Positions 9,376 to 18,055 of a stretch of 64,000 bases of DNA are shown here, piece after piece (the stretch's first letter is position 1; each line of letters opens with the position of its first letter). The notes below the pieces were generated by a model. That model was given only the letters and a program-made list of their open reading frames with translations, ran no database searches and was not told the origin of the DNA. The DNA is from an uncultured Legionella sp. GTDB lineage: Bacteria; Pseudomonadota; Gammaproteobacteria; Legionellales; Legionellaceae. The stretch spans positions 8,990 through 72,989 of the forward strand of contig CAZELP010000006.1 in NCBI GenBank assembly GCA_964513205.1, given 5' to 3'. Made by a program: the position numbers and the translations under genes.

Positions 9376-10407
9376 TCAAATAAGAATATTGAGTCCGATG
9401 GCAAGTGCACCAAAATCGATGCTATTTTTACCATAAAAGCTGAACCAAGAGCCGATAATAACCCCAAGCTCTTTATTAAAATTGTATTCAATTGCAGGGG
9501 CAAATGATGCCATGTCCATAGTTCCATTTCCAACTTTTGGCATTTCTAAGAAGAGGGAGCTGATGTTTCGTCGTGTTGGCATCAGTCTGGAAAAGACTTT
9601 TTTAAGGTCTCTTTTATTCCGTTTTGAGAAACTGAGTTCGGTTTCTCCATAGCTGCCAAAAAATCGATCGGCTGCTTGATATTGATAAAGACCTTCTAAT
9701 ACTAAAACCCAATTTTGAGAAATACTTAATTCGCCGGCAATGTCTATGGTGTAGATGCTTCCAGGTTTCACATCTCCGTCGGTTAATGCCGAGCCACCAA
9801 AAGTGCTGTATCCTTTGATGTGAACAGCACTTGCGTAGAGGTAGCCCATATTCAAATGCATGTTGAGATAATAATCGTAATTGAGCTCAAGCAGTTTTTG
9901 AAAATTTAAATCCATTCCAGTTTGATAGCTGCCTAATCCTGTGGCATTTAAGGCGTAGTTTTGTTGAGATAATCCATCATAATGACCACTCGGTAGTACC
10001 TGATCAAACGTGATGCGTAAATCAGGTTTTAAACTGTTTGTCTTTTGTCGTAAGGCCTGTACACCTAAAATGATTGTGGTATCTCCAAGTGATGTGGCGC
10101 TTTTCCCCTGATAAGTATTGCTCATTAAAAGCGGTTGAAGTTCAACATCAACATTTTTGGCCACGCCTATTGTGATTTGTGGAATCACCTGATTGTTCAT
10201 GCTGGATGGGACAGGAACAATTTTACTATCTTTTCCATAAACGGCGCTCGAATAACTGTCAAAATCAAATAACTCAACGTTGACATGTCCGGGGTCAATT
10301 GTAAGAGCCGGTTCTGCAAGCAAAGGCCCTGTGAACCAGGGCTCTTGCATTTGACCGAATACAATCGATGATTGAATCGCGCATAATAAGATAAAAAAAT
10401 TACGCAT
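9376..10407 (-). CDS. Outer-membrane beta-barrel protein (possibly the MetA-pathway/transporter-like OMP family)
   Basis: The signal peptide is 'MRNFFILLCAIQSSIVFGQ'. Alternating beta-strand patterns run throughout. Its start overlaps the lolB stop by 8 nt. Confidence 0.7.
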   Translation of the reverse strand: MRNFFILLCAIQSSIVFGQMQEPWFTGPLLAEPALTIDPGHVNVELFDFDSYSSAVYGKDSKIVPVPSSMNNQVIPQITIGVAKNVDVELQPLLMSNTYQGKSATSLGDTTIILGVQALRQKTNSLKPDLRITFDQVLPSGHYDGLSQQNYALNATGLGSYQTGMDLNFQKLLELNYDYYLNMHLNMGYLYASAVHIKGYSTFGGSALTDGDVKPGSIYTIDIAGELSISQNWVLVLEGLYQYQAADRFFGSYGETELSFSKRNKRDLKKVFSRLMPTRRNISSLFLEMPKVGNGTMDMASFAPAIEYNFNKELGVIIGSWFSFYGKNSIDFGALAIGLNILI

Positions 10408-10999
10408 GGACCGCCCAATTTTTTACAATGAGCTTCATCCAACCATTCGCATGATGAATTTCAATTTTGGTTGGGAGGTCGTATCCATCAACAAGCTCAT
10501 AATTTCCATAAGTCAAGGTGTAACCGGCTTGTTTGAGTATGACGAGATGTCCTGCTGAGTCTCGAGTTTCTGTTGCATGCCCAGGACTTTTAAGTCCTCT
10601 TATCCAATAAAATAGATGCGTGACGGGTAGCGATTGTCCGGTTTTTTGTCGAATGAAATCATTGATGTCGGACGCTTTTTGCGTATGCCCATTTTCTTGA
10701 TAGGTGACTTGATGCCCATTTTTTTCAATGGTGACCGCATTTCCCCCCATAGGACCGAATAGTGATATGCGGTAATGTCCGGCACTCTCTTGCTCCCAAG
10801 TCATTGAAGCACTCCATGCCTTTTGGTGTTGTTTAGCCGCAATTGCGCCACTCAACTCCCAGTGTGTGAGATGTGCTGTGTTGTGGCGAATGGTGGATGG
10901 GCTTGTTTTTAACGACTCTTCAGATATATGTGTTGAAGGTGTGCAGGCAGACAATGATACTGTTGCGATAATAGCGGCCAAAATTCGTTGTTTAAACAT
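10400..10999 (-). CDS. lolB: Outer-membrane lipoprotein LolB
   Basis: ATG 10999 is preceded by 'AAGGAG'. The lipobox is 'LSAC'. The motifs 'WELSGAIAAK...AWSASMTWEQ' and 'YRISLFGPMGGNAV' are LolB-like. The position next to tRNA-Gln and prs is conserved. Confidence 0.8.
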   Translation of the reverse strand: MFKQRILAAIIATVSLSACTPSTHISEESLKTSPSTIRHNTAHLTHWELSGAIAAKQHQKAWSASMTWEQESAGHYRISLFGPMGGNAVTIEKNGHQVTYQENGHTQKASDINDFIRQKTGQSLPVTHLFYWIRGLKSPGHATETRDSAGHLVILKQAGYTLTYGNYELVDGYDLPTKIEIHHANGWMKLIVKNWAVHA

Positions 11000-11077
11000 G
11001 GAGTCTCCTTCAATGGATGGTTTTCTTGTTAACAATACGATAGACTGCTTTTAGGTGCAAACTCTATTATAAATACA

Positions 11078-11554
11078 ATGCATAAAGCCATTTATCCAGG
11101 AACCTTTGACCCCATGACCAATGGTCATCTTGATCTTATTGAGCGTGCTTCTCTTCTTTTTCCGGATCTCATTGTAGCGATTGGGCAGAATAAAAAAAAG
11201 CAGCCTTTTTTGTCTTTGGATAAACGAATTGCATCAGTTAAAGAGGCTTTACGGCATTTGCCGCAAGTGCGAGTTGTTTATTTTGACGGTATACTGGTTG
11301 AGTTTATGGCAAAGGAGGGGATCCGCTTTATTGTACGAGGGGTTCGTTCTTCGCAAGACTTCGATTATGAATTTCAGCTTGCCGGCATGAATCATTTGTT
11401 GTCCGCTGAGGTAGACACCATTTTTCTGATGCCAAACCCCAATCATATATTTGTTTCTTCAAGCTTCGTGCGAGAGCTTTTGTCTTTCGGTAAAGACCCG
11501 AGTTTGTACGTTCCTGCTCCCGTTATGCCTTATCTTCAACATGCATCTTTATGA
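11078..11554 (+). CDS. coaD: Phosphopantetheine adenylyltransferase
   Basis: 'AIYPGTFDPMTNGHLDLIERA' gives the T/HxGH nucleotidyltransferase motif, and 'ISSSFVRE'-like 'VSSSFVREL' is also present. Confidence 0.95.
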   Translation: MHKAIYPGTFDPMTNGHLDLIERASLLFPDLIVAIGQNKKKQPFLSLDKRIASVKEALRHLPQVRVVYFDGILVEFMAKEGIRFIVRGVRSSQDFDYEFQLAGMNHLLSAEVDTIFLMPNPNHIFVSSSFVRELLSFGKDPSLYVPAPVMPYLQHASL

Positions 11555-12310
11555 TGGCTCTGTTTGTCCCGTCAATTTTAAAAGAGACTGGTGAACCTCT
11601 TGAATCAATTGGTCTTTATTTTCAATTGTATACAAGGACGCATCTACCGGTGCTCCAATATGGATTTCCACCGGCTGATTGAGGTTAAATCGTGTCGAGC
11701 GTGCTGGTAAAACTTCATTGGCACCTCGAATGCCAAGAGGGATGATAGTGGCTCCTGTTTGAATGGCCGTAATAAATCCGCCTTTTTTCAATGGGGCTAC
11801 TCGACCACTAGATGAGCGAGTGCCTTCAGGATAAATCCACATAATAACCCCACTTTCGAGGAGCTGTGTAACTTTTTCTAAATCTCGAATGGCCTGACTT
11901 CTATTGTGCCTATCAATCATTGGAAATTCAGCCGCAGTCATGCCATATTTCATGAAGGGGATTTTTGCCATTTCTTTTTTTGCAAGCATACGAATCGTCT
12001 GATGTGGAAATGCCTGAAAGCCGATTGGTATATCAAAAAGACTGCTGTGATTACACATGATAATGGTTTTTTGTCCCACTTTGGGTGCAACATGATGTGG
12101 ATTGTATATAGTGCAGCGAATGCCCAGTAATTTTAACATTCGAAGGCTCCACCGATGAACCTCATCATTCACCCATTTGCGGTTTGCTTTTTTAAAGCGC
12201 CATCCCATATAAATGGATTTGAAACACGAATAACCTGTATATGAAATAGATGCCAAGATAAGCCAAATGGATTGGATAAAATTGGCTTTTTTAGGATTTG
12301 TATTCGTCAT
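11549..12310 (-). CDS. 1-acyl-sn-glycerol-3-phosphate acyltransferase family (PlsC-like)
   Basis: It has an N-terminal TM helix. The acyltransferase motifs are 'CNHSSLFD' (HX4D) and 'IYPEGTRS'. It overlaps the coaD 3' end by 6 nt in convergent orientation. Confidence 0.85.
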   Translation of the reverse strand: MTNTNPKKANFIQSIWLILASISYTGYSCFKSIYMGWRFKKANRKWVNDEVHRWSLRMLKLLGIRCTIYNPHHVAPKVGQKTIIMCNHSSLFDIPIGFQAFPHQTIRMLAKKEMAKIPFMKYGMTAAEFPMIDRHNRSQAIRDLEKVTQLLESGVIMWIYPEGTRSSSGRVAPLKKGGFITAIQTGATIIPLGIRGANEVLPARSTRFNLNQPVEIHIGAPVDASLYTIENKDQLIQEVHQSLLKLTGQTEPS

Positions 12311-12509
12311 AATCGATGATTTCTCCTTGTCGTCGCACTTTAGGCTTTTTGAAATAAGAAGAAAGAGCTACGCCCACCCACAGGATCAGGCCGAGCAACA
12401 TACCCCAAAAAACAACATAAGCAAACACAACAAATAGACCAATAACGAGAGCAAGTGCGATACCGAATAGCAGGAATGCAGGCAGTTGTTGGGTAAATTT
12501 ATGTTTCAT
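12291..12509 (-). CDS. Small two-TM membrane protein, unknown function
   Basis: 72 aa, with two hydrophobic helices and a charged tail. It overlaps the start of the downstream PlsC-like gene by 20 nt. I recognise no family. Confidence 0.45.
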   Translation of the reverse strand: MKHKFTQQLPAFLLFGIALALVIGLFVVFAYVVFWGMLLGLILWVGVALSSYFKKPKVRRQGEIIDYDEYKS

Positions 12510-12586
12510 CAGAGCCTCTATATTTTAAAACTTGATTATCGCTCATCGTGAGTTGAATGACAATATCTGTTGAAATTGTTCAAAAT

Positions 12587-12615
12587 GTGACATTTTCAAC
12601 GCTTTGTTATATAAT
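12587..12615 (+). promoter_or_regulatory. Putative sigma70 promoter of the desaturase gene
   Basis: GTGACA (12587-12592), a 17-nt spacer, then TATAAT (12610-12615). The promoter overlaps inverted repeats at 12569-12600. Confidence 0.45.
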
Positions 12616-12648
12616 GCGTCAAGCCAACTGTTCAAATGAGATGTCGAT

Positions 12649-13839
12649 ATGTTTGGAGTTTTAGATTTTTCTTGGGTTCAAGATTTGCTCGCAGTTTTAT
12701 TTTTAACACAAATTACAATTGCTTCTGTCACCATCTACCTGCATCGTTGTCAGGCTCATCGAGCTTTATCTTTGCATCCTATTGTGAGTCACTTTTTTAG
12801 ATTTTGGTTGTGGTTAACGACTGGAATGGTCACATCGGAGTGGGTGGCTATTCATCGAAAACATCATGCGATGACTGATGTTGAGGGCGATCCTCATAGC
12901 CCGACGGTACTGGGTATTCGAAAAGTGTTATGGCACGGCGCAGAGTTATATCGAGAAGCAAAAGATGACGCTGAAATGGTTGAAAAATATGGTCATGGTA
13001 CGCCGAATGATTGGATAGAAAAAAATATTTATCAGCGTCACAGCGGCAAAGGTGTGCTTTTGATGTTGATACTGGATTTGCTTTTGTTCGGTATTCCGGG
13101 CGTGAGTATCTGGGCTGTGCAAATGATTTGGATTCCTTTTTGGGCTGCGGGCGTGATCAACGGTCTTGCTCATTATTGGGGATATCGTAATTTTGAATGT
13201 GATGATTCGGCAACCAATATCTTTCCTCTCGGGTTTTGGATTGGTGGCGAAGAGTTACACAACAACCACCATACGTACGCTTCTTCTGCGAAATTTTCTG
13301 TGAAGTGGTGGGAGTTTGATATCGGGTGGTTTTATATTCGAATACTTTCCTTCTTTAAATTGGCAAAAGTGAAGAAGCTACCAGCAAAAATGGTGGTGGA
13401 TCAATCCAAATCGATTGTTGATTTAGCCACGGTTCGGGCAGTGATCAGTCATCGCTTTCAAATCATGTCATCTTATTATGCTGATGTAATAAAACCAATT
13501 TTGAAACAAGAGTCTTTAAAGCAACTTCGCGATGAATTTGATTTAAAATTATTGGCTAAAGCTGCAGATATTCTCAAAAAACGTGATGCAGCCTTGTCGG
13601 CAGCAGCAAACAGTCGTTTGATGCAAATATTAAAACGATTTGAGCAGATTCGTATAATTTATGATTATCGACAGTCATTGCAGCACATTTGGTTGAAAAC
13701 AGCGCAAACTCAAAAAGAACTGATTGAATCTTTACAGGAGTGGTGTAAAGGAGCCGAGTCTTCTGGGATTGATGTTTTACAACGCTTTGCTTCAAAGCTC
13801 CGCTCATATTCTTTGGAGTCTCGTTTGCCTGCAGTCTAA
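12649..13839 (+). CDS. Membrane acyl-lipid/acyl-CoA delta-9 fatty acid desaturase (DesA-like)
   Basis: The three histidine boxes are 'HRCQAH', 'HRKHH' and 'HNNHH'. There are four TM segments and a long helical C-terminal extension, as I recall for Pseudomonas DesA. Confidence 0.85.
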   Translation: MFGVLDFSWVQDLLAVLFLTQITIASVTIYLHRCQAHRALSLHPIVSHFFRFWLWLTTGMVTSEWVAIHRKHHAMTDVEGDPHSPTVLGIRKVLWHGAELYREAKDDAEMVEKYGHGTPNDWIEKNIYQRHSGKGVLLMLILDLLLFGIPGVSIWAVQMIWIPFWAAGVINGLAHYWGYRNFECDDSATNIFPLGFWIGGEELHNNHHTYASSAKFSVKWWEFDIGWFYIRILSFFKLAKVKKLPAKMVVDQSKSIVDLATVRAVISHRFQIMSSYYADVIKPILKQESLKQLRDEFDLKLLAKAADILKKRDAALSAAANSRLMQILKRFEQIRIIYDYRQSLQHIWLKTAQTQKELIESLQEWCKGAESSGIDVLQRFASKLRSYSLESRLPAV

Positions 13840-13866
13840 CTGAAAACAATACGCTTGCAGAGAAGA

Positions 13867-13895
13867 TTGTAAATACAGCTCGTTCAAGATAGAAT
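13867..13895 (+). promoter_or_regulatory. Putative sigma70 promoter of zipA
   Basis: TTGTAA (13867-13872), a 17-nt spacer, then TAGAAT (13890-13895). Confidence 0.35.
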
Positions 13896-13932
13896 CGTCT
13901 TTAATGAAGGTTTGATTTAGTGAGGAGTTTTT

Positions 13933-14799
13933 ATGCAGGCGAATTGGAGTCTTATTCTCAATGTATTGTTACTCACGGGTGTTGTGATAGCATTGGTTCG
14001 AATGCTGAAAACAAAAAAGAACGATGATGCACCCGCTCGAAATTTTGCTGGCGCGCCGGCCCAACCCTCAGTTATGGGGGGGGCTGATAAGCCATCAGAT
14101 GAGGTGATTGCCGTCAGAAAAATTTCACGTGAGGCGCCTTCTGCGCAACCTGCATTTTCTGCTAATTCACGTCCTGTTAATAATCGTTTTCAAGGATCGT
14201 TCGGTGTTGTAGCACCCCCTCCTGGCTTGGTTCAAGAACCTAAAGTTGCACCATCTGAGCCATCAGTTTCACCTGCTGTGGCGAGTTCGACTGAGGCCGC
14301 TACATCCGTCGCATCTGTTGCTGAAGAACAGCAACCAAATTCGCATCAAACCAATCATGCAGCAGCAGGGCGAACTTTGATGATCTTCTTATTAGCAAAA
14401 GAAAATCGTCAATTAGCAGGCTATGAGTTATTGCAAACGATACTCGCCGCTGGACTTCGATTTGGAGAGGGACATTTGTTTCATAGACATCAGTATCCAA
14501 ATGGGCAGGGGCCTATTTTGTGCAGTCTGGCTACGGCTACATCTACAGGTGTGTTTGATTTACAAAATATTGGTGCTTTTAGTGTGCACGGGTTGTGTTT
14601 GTTTATGGAAACATCAGGAAATTCAGCTATTGATTTAGAGCGCTTGTCTGTGATGATTGATACAGCAAAACAGTTAAGCGAAGGGCTCGATACTCATATG
14701 CTTGATGAGAAAAGAAAGCCCTGGAGCGACGAAACAGCATTTCGCTATGAGGCTTTATTGAGCGAAGACATTTCAGCTGAGGTTGTTTCAGCAGAGTAA
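13933..14799 (+). CDS. zipA: Cell division protein ZipA
   Basis: It has an N-terminal TM helix and a P/A/S/Q-rich linker. The C-terminal FtsZ-binding domain reads 'LMIFLLAKENRQLAGYELLQTILAAGLRFGEGHLFHRH'. Confidence 0.85.
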   Translation: MQANWSLILNVLLLTGVVIALVRMLKTKKNDDAPARNFAGAPAQPSVMGGADKPSDEVIAVRKISREAPSAQPAFSANSRPVNNRFQGSFGVVAPPPGLVQEPKVAPSEPSVSPAVASSTEAATSVASVAEEQQPNSHQTNHAAAGRTLMIFLLAKENRQLAGYELLQTILAAGLRFGEGHLFHRHQYPNGQGPILCSLATATSTGVFDLQNIGAFSVHGLCLFMETSGNSAIDLERLSVMIDTAKQLSEGLDTHMLDEKRKPWSDETAFRYEALLSEDISAEVVSAE

Positions 14800-14800
14800 T

Positions 14801-14831
14801 AAAAAACGCGGTCTTATGATAAAGGCCGCGT
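14801..14831 (-). terminator. Rho-independent terminator of the rhodanese-secB-gpsA operon
   Basis: The minus strand reads ACGCGGCC-TTTATCATAA-GACCGCGT-TTTTTT. This gives a 6-bp GC stem plus one closing pair. The gpsA stop codon lies in the loop. Confidence 0.55.
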
Positions 14832-15794
14832 CATCAGTTGTAGTGCCCCTTCTTTGGCTGAACACTCACCTTTTAGAATACGATACACTTCTTTGCAAAT
14901 CGGTAGCTCAATCCCATAACGGTCTGCAAGAGCTTTTACTTGCGCCGCATTGTATTTCCCTTCCACAACTTGACCTATTTGTGTTTCTGCATCTTGAAGA
15001 GAGACTCCTTTTCCAAGCAGAAGTCCAAAACGTCGATTACGTGATTGGTCATCGGTACAGGTTAAAACAAGATCTCCCACACCAGCCAAACCGGAAAAAG
15101 TAGTGTCTTCTGCACCCAAAGCTTGACCTAACCGGGTCATCTCTGAAAGTCCCCGCGTGATCAAGGCGGCTTTTGCATTAGCACCATAAGATAAGCCATC
15201 GCTAATACCGCATGCGATTGCAAGGACATTTTTCATCGCTCCGCATAATTGAACGCCATTGATGTCAGAGGAGAGGTAACTACGGATGGTTGTTTTTTGA
15301 AAAATTTCACGAACAACTTGAGCATAGTTTAAATTGTTACTTGCAATGACAAGCGCTGTCGGTAAATGATGTGCGACTTCTTTTGCAAAAGAAGGCCCTG
15401 ATATAATTGCAACAGGGAAGTCTACTCCAAAATGCTCAAAAGCAAGCTCGCTTAAAAAACGATTGCTATCAGGATCAATCCCTTTGGTAATCCATGCCAA
15501 TCCTTTTAGCGTCTTTGGCAGTTTTTTAAGAAGCTGGTAAAAAGTATGAGAGGGAGTTGCAATAATAATGTGATCACACGAAAAACATTGAGAAAGGTCT
15601 GACACAGGTATCAGTGTTTCAGGAAGTGTCACATCGGGTAAATAACGTTGATTAAAATGAGTTTCCTGCATTAGTCGGATTTGTTTTTCATCGCGTCCCC
15701 ATAAGAGAACACGATGACCGAATGCTGCAAAATGGACCGCAACTGCTGTTCCAAAAGAGCCCGCACCAAGAATCGCAATTGAATTTGTGTCCAT
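14814..15794 (-). CDS. gpsA: NAD(P)H-dependent glycerol-3-phosphate dehydrogenase
   Basis: 'IAILGAGSFGTAVA' is a Rossmann motif. 'GPSFAKEV' and 'KNVLAIACG' are also present. The position after secB is conserved. Confidence 0.95.
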   Translation of the reverse strand: MDTNSIAILGAGSFGTAVAVHFAAFGHRVLLWGRDEKQIRLMQETHFNQRYLPDVTLPETLIPVSDLSQCFSCDHIIIATPSHTFYQLLKKLPKTLKGLAWITKGIDPDSNRFLSELAFEHFGVDFPVAIISGPSFAKEVAHHLPTALVIASNNLNYAQVVREIFQKTTIRSYLSSDINGVQLCGAMKNVLAIACGISDGLSYGANAKAALITRGLSEMTRLGQALGAEDTTFSGLAGVGDLVLTCTDDQSRNRRFGLLLGKGVSLQDAETQIGQVVEGKYNAAQVKALADRYGIELPICKEVYRILKGECSAKEGALQLMTRPLS

Positions 15795-15797
15795 GGA

Positions 15798-16265
15798 TTA
15801 GTGGGCGGCTGTTTCGTTTTGCTGCGCTTGTTCTTTTTGTGCTTTTTGTTGTAAATAAAGCGCATCAAAATTGATGGGAGCAATAACCAATTGAGGGAAG
15901 CTACCGCGTGAAACTTCAGTGGTAATGACCTCTCTTGCATACGGGAAAAGAATGCTTGGACAGAAACTACCGAGCAGATGATCCAGTTGCGCTGGCTCTG
16001 TGCCTTGAATGTTAAAAATGCCCGCTTGCTCTACTTCAACCAGGAATGTAGTCGCTTGTTTGTTTTTTACGGTAGCCGTGATTGTAAGCACAACTTCGTA
16101 CACGCCATTGCCATCAAGTGCAGTATGTGTTGTATTGAGATCCAGAGAAAGCTCAGGTTCCCATTGCTGTTGAAAACAATGAGGGGCATTTACTGTTTCA
16201 AATGAAAGATTTTTAACGTAAAGCCGTTGAATCATAAATTGTACTTCGGGAGTGGCTTGTTCCAT
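15798..16265 (-). CDS. secB: Protein-export chaperone SecB
   Basis: 155 aa, with 'FMIQRLYVKNLSFE' and 'CPSILFPYAREVI'. The tail is acidic and Q-rich. Confidence 0.95.
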   Translation of the reverse strand: MEQATPEVQFMIQRLYVKNLSFETVNAPHCFQQQWEPELSLDLNTTHTALDGNGVYEVVLTITATVKNKQATTFLVEVEQAGIFNIQGTEPAQLDHLLGSFCPSILFPYAREVITTEVSRGSFPQLVIAPINFDALYLQQKAQKEQAQQNETAAH

Positions 16266-16293
16266 GTCTTTTTCCTAAAAGTTAGTCTGAAAT

Positions 16294-16725
16294 TTATTTT
16301 TTGCCCTTAATAGTAGGTAAGCCAGCCGCTTGCCATGCTGTCATTCCGCCATTTAGAACCATTGTATCGGTGAAACCTTGTTTTTTCAGTTGAATGGCGA
16401 GCGTGTTAGCGGTAATACCTTTAGTACAGATTAGGACAATAGGTTTTTTTTGGTAGGCTGAAAGCTTCTCTTTCTCATCTGCGGCGATACGAATTGCGTT
16501 GGTAATGTGCCCTGCAACAAATGCTTCCTGAGGACGAATGTCGATTAAAGTCGCTTTGTCTTGATTGATGAGCTCGACGACGGCAGCAGTTGAAAGCATT
16601 TTGGGACTGCGTTTTAAAGTGATCATCTCATTTAGAAGAGTCGCTATCAAAAAAAGTAAAAAAAGAGATGAAAGCACCCAATGTTGAGTCGCAAATTGTA
16701 GGATCTGTTGTGGCATATTGTTCAT
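16294..16725 (-). CDS. Membrane-anchored rhodanese-domain protein (YibN-like)
   Basis: It has an N-terminal TM helix plus a rhodanese fold with the active-site loop 'CTKGITANT'. Its position upstream of secB-gpsA matches the E. coli yibN-grxC-secB-gpsA arrangement, but grxC is absent here. Confidence 0.85.
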   Translation of the reverse strand: MNNMPQQILQFATQHWVLSSLFLLFLIATLLNEMITLKRSPKMLSTAAVVELINQDKATLIDIRPQEAFVAGHITNAIRIAADEKEKLSAYQKKPIVLICTKGITANTLAIQLKKQGFTDTMVLNGGMTAWQAAGLPTIKGKK

Positions 16726-16884
16726 AAATATTGAATAAATTTGGCCAGATTATCCAGCGATTTTTTTTAAGACGCAAGCTTTTAAAAAAAAATTGTATTT
16801 GTGTTGAATTTGTTTATAAATTTTGATGTTTAAGTTTTCATGTTGTGTTAGCATCACCCACAACCATTGGTTAAGGGAAAATCC

Positions 16885-17214
16885 ATGTTATATTCATCGC
16901 GTTTTTTTTCAAAAATCAAACATCCGAGAGCGTGTCATTTTTCTTCGAACACTCCGTCTCAGAAGCCAAATGATGACTCTATGTTACTCCCGACGATTGT
17001 TGTATTTTCAGTATTTTCGTTATTGGCTTGTGGTTTAAATATTATGCGCAAAGAATATACTAGGCCACCCAGAATCAAGCATGATTTCGACAGTTGGATG
17101 TTACATTTAAAAATGCTTGAAGAAGCTCAAAATAATCTTGTAGCTGAATCTTCAACGCAAAAAAAAGAAACATCTAAAAACAAAAAAGATGATTTAGAGC
17201 CAAGATTGCGCTGA
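16885..17214 (+). CDS. Hypothetical protein with one TM helix and a Lys-rich tail
   Basis: ATG 16885 follows 'AAGGGA'. The single hydrophobic segment is 'LLPTIVVFSVFSLLACGLNIM'. I recognise no family. Confidence 0.35.
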   Translation: MLYSSRFFSKIKHPRACHFSSNTPSQKPNDDSMLLPTIVVFSVFSLLACGLNIMRKEYTRPPRIKHDFDSWMLHLKMLEEAQNNLVAESSTQKKETSKNKKDDLEPRLR

Positions 17215-17304
17215 GAAAAACGTCTTTTAAAATGCGGATACATTTTATGGTTTGTTTGGTATATAATTGATACTGACCTCCATCCTTATCATCTGAGAAT
17301 TCGA

Positions 17305-18027
17305 ATGGCGAGATACGACACGACAAGACGAACTGCACCACCTAAACCAAACTGTGGTTTTATGAAACATCTTTTGTTTCTAGTTGTGGGCTTTTTGTTG
17401 GGTTATGCCGCCTCGACTTTTTATCATCTCAATGAGGTGGCCGAGTGGCTTTCGACGCACGTTTTTTTAAAAAATGATTCAAAGGTCGTGTTGTCGCCTG
17501 AAAAAACAGCAGAAATACCAAAGCCGAAATTTGAATTTTATACGTTGCTGACGCAGGAAAATCATTCCAATCCGGCTCCAGCTGAAAAAACCGCTGCGCA
17601 ATCCAACCAGAATGCTGCAGCCACTCCTGTTTCGTCACCAGAAGTTCTTGCGGCGCGTGAAGTGCCTGTTTCTCCTCGAGATGTTGCTCAGCCTGTATCT
17701 ATGGAAATCACAACGCCAAGTACTGTTACAGCAGTCGCTCAACAAGAGAAAAAAACGATAGAAACGGCTTTAGCGCGCGTCAGTGCCAGGGATAGTTATT
17801 GGGTTCAACTTGCTTCATTTAGACGCTCTGAAGATGCCGAAAAGATGAAAGCCAGATTGTCACTCAAAGGTATTGTTGTGACAATAGTTCCTGTGACTCA
17901 ACAGCATTTGCAGTGGTTTCGAGTTGTTTCTGGGCCGTTTGCAAATAAGTTTGATGCTGAACGTGCAAAAAATGCGATCCGATTTGACGCTCGTATCGAA
18001 GGAATTGTTCGTAAAATGGATGCTTAA
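17305..18027 (+). CDS. SPOR-domain cell-division/peptidoglycan-binding protein (DedD/FtsN-like)
   Basis: It has an N-terminal TM helix and a P/A/Q-rich linker. The C-terminal SPOR domain reads 'YWVQLASFRRSEDAEKMKARLSLKG...FRVVSGPFANKFDAERAKNAI'. Confidence 0.75.
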   Translation: MARYDTTRRTAPPKPNCGFMKHLLFLVVGFLLGYAASTFYHLNEVAEWLSTHVFLKNDSKVVLSPEKTAEIPKPKFEFYTLLTQENHSNPAPAEKTAAQSNQNAAATPVSSPEVLAAREVPVSPRDVAQPVSMEITTPSTVTAVAQQEKKTIETALARVSARDSYWVQLASFRRSEDAEKMKARLSLKGIVVTIVPVTQQHLQWFRVVSGPFANKFDAERAKNAIRFDARIEGIVRKMDA

Positions 18028-18055
18028 ACATATTTTTTAGAAAGGTCAATTTAAG

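Noticed and set aside
9186-10407. The tRNA-Gln plus adjacent OMP gene could be a tRNA-targeted genomic island.
   Set aside because: I saw no integrase, transposase or phage gene, and no direct repeat of the tRNA 3' end. The OMP gene overlaps lolB by 8 nt, so it looks like an operon member. I treat it as a synteny change, not a mobile element.
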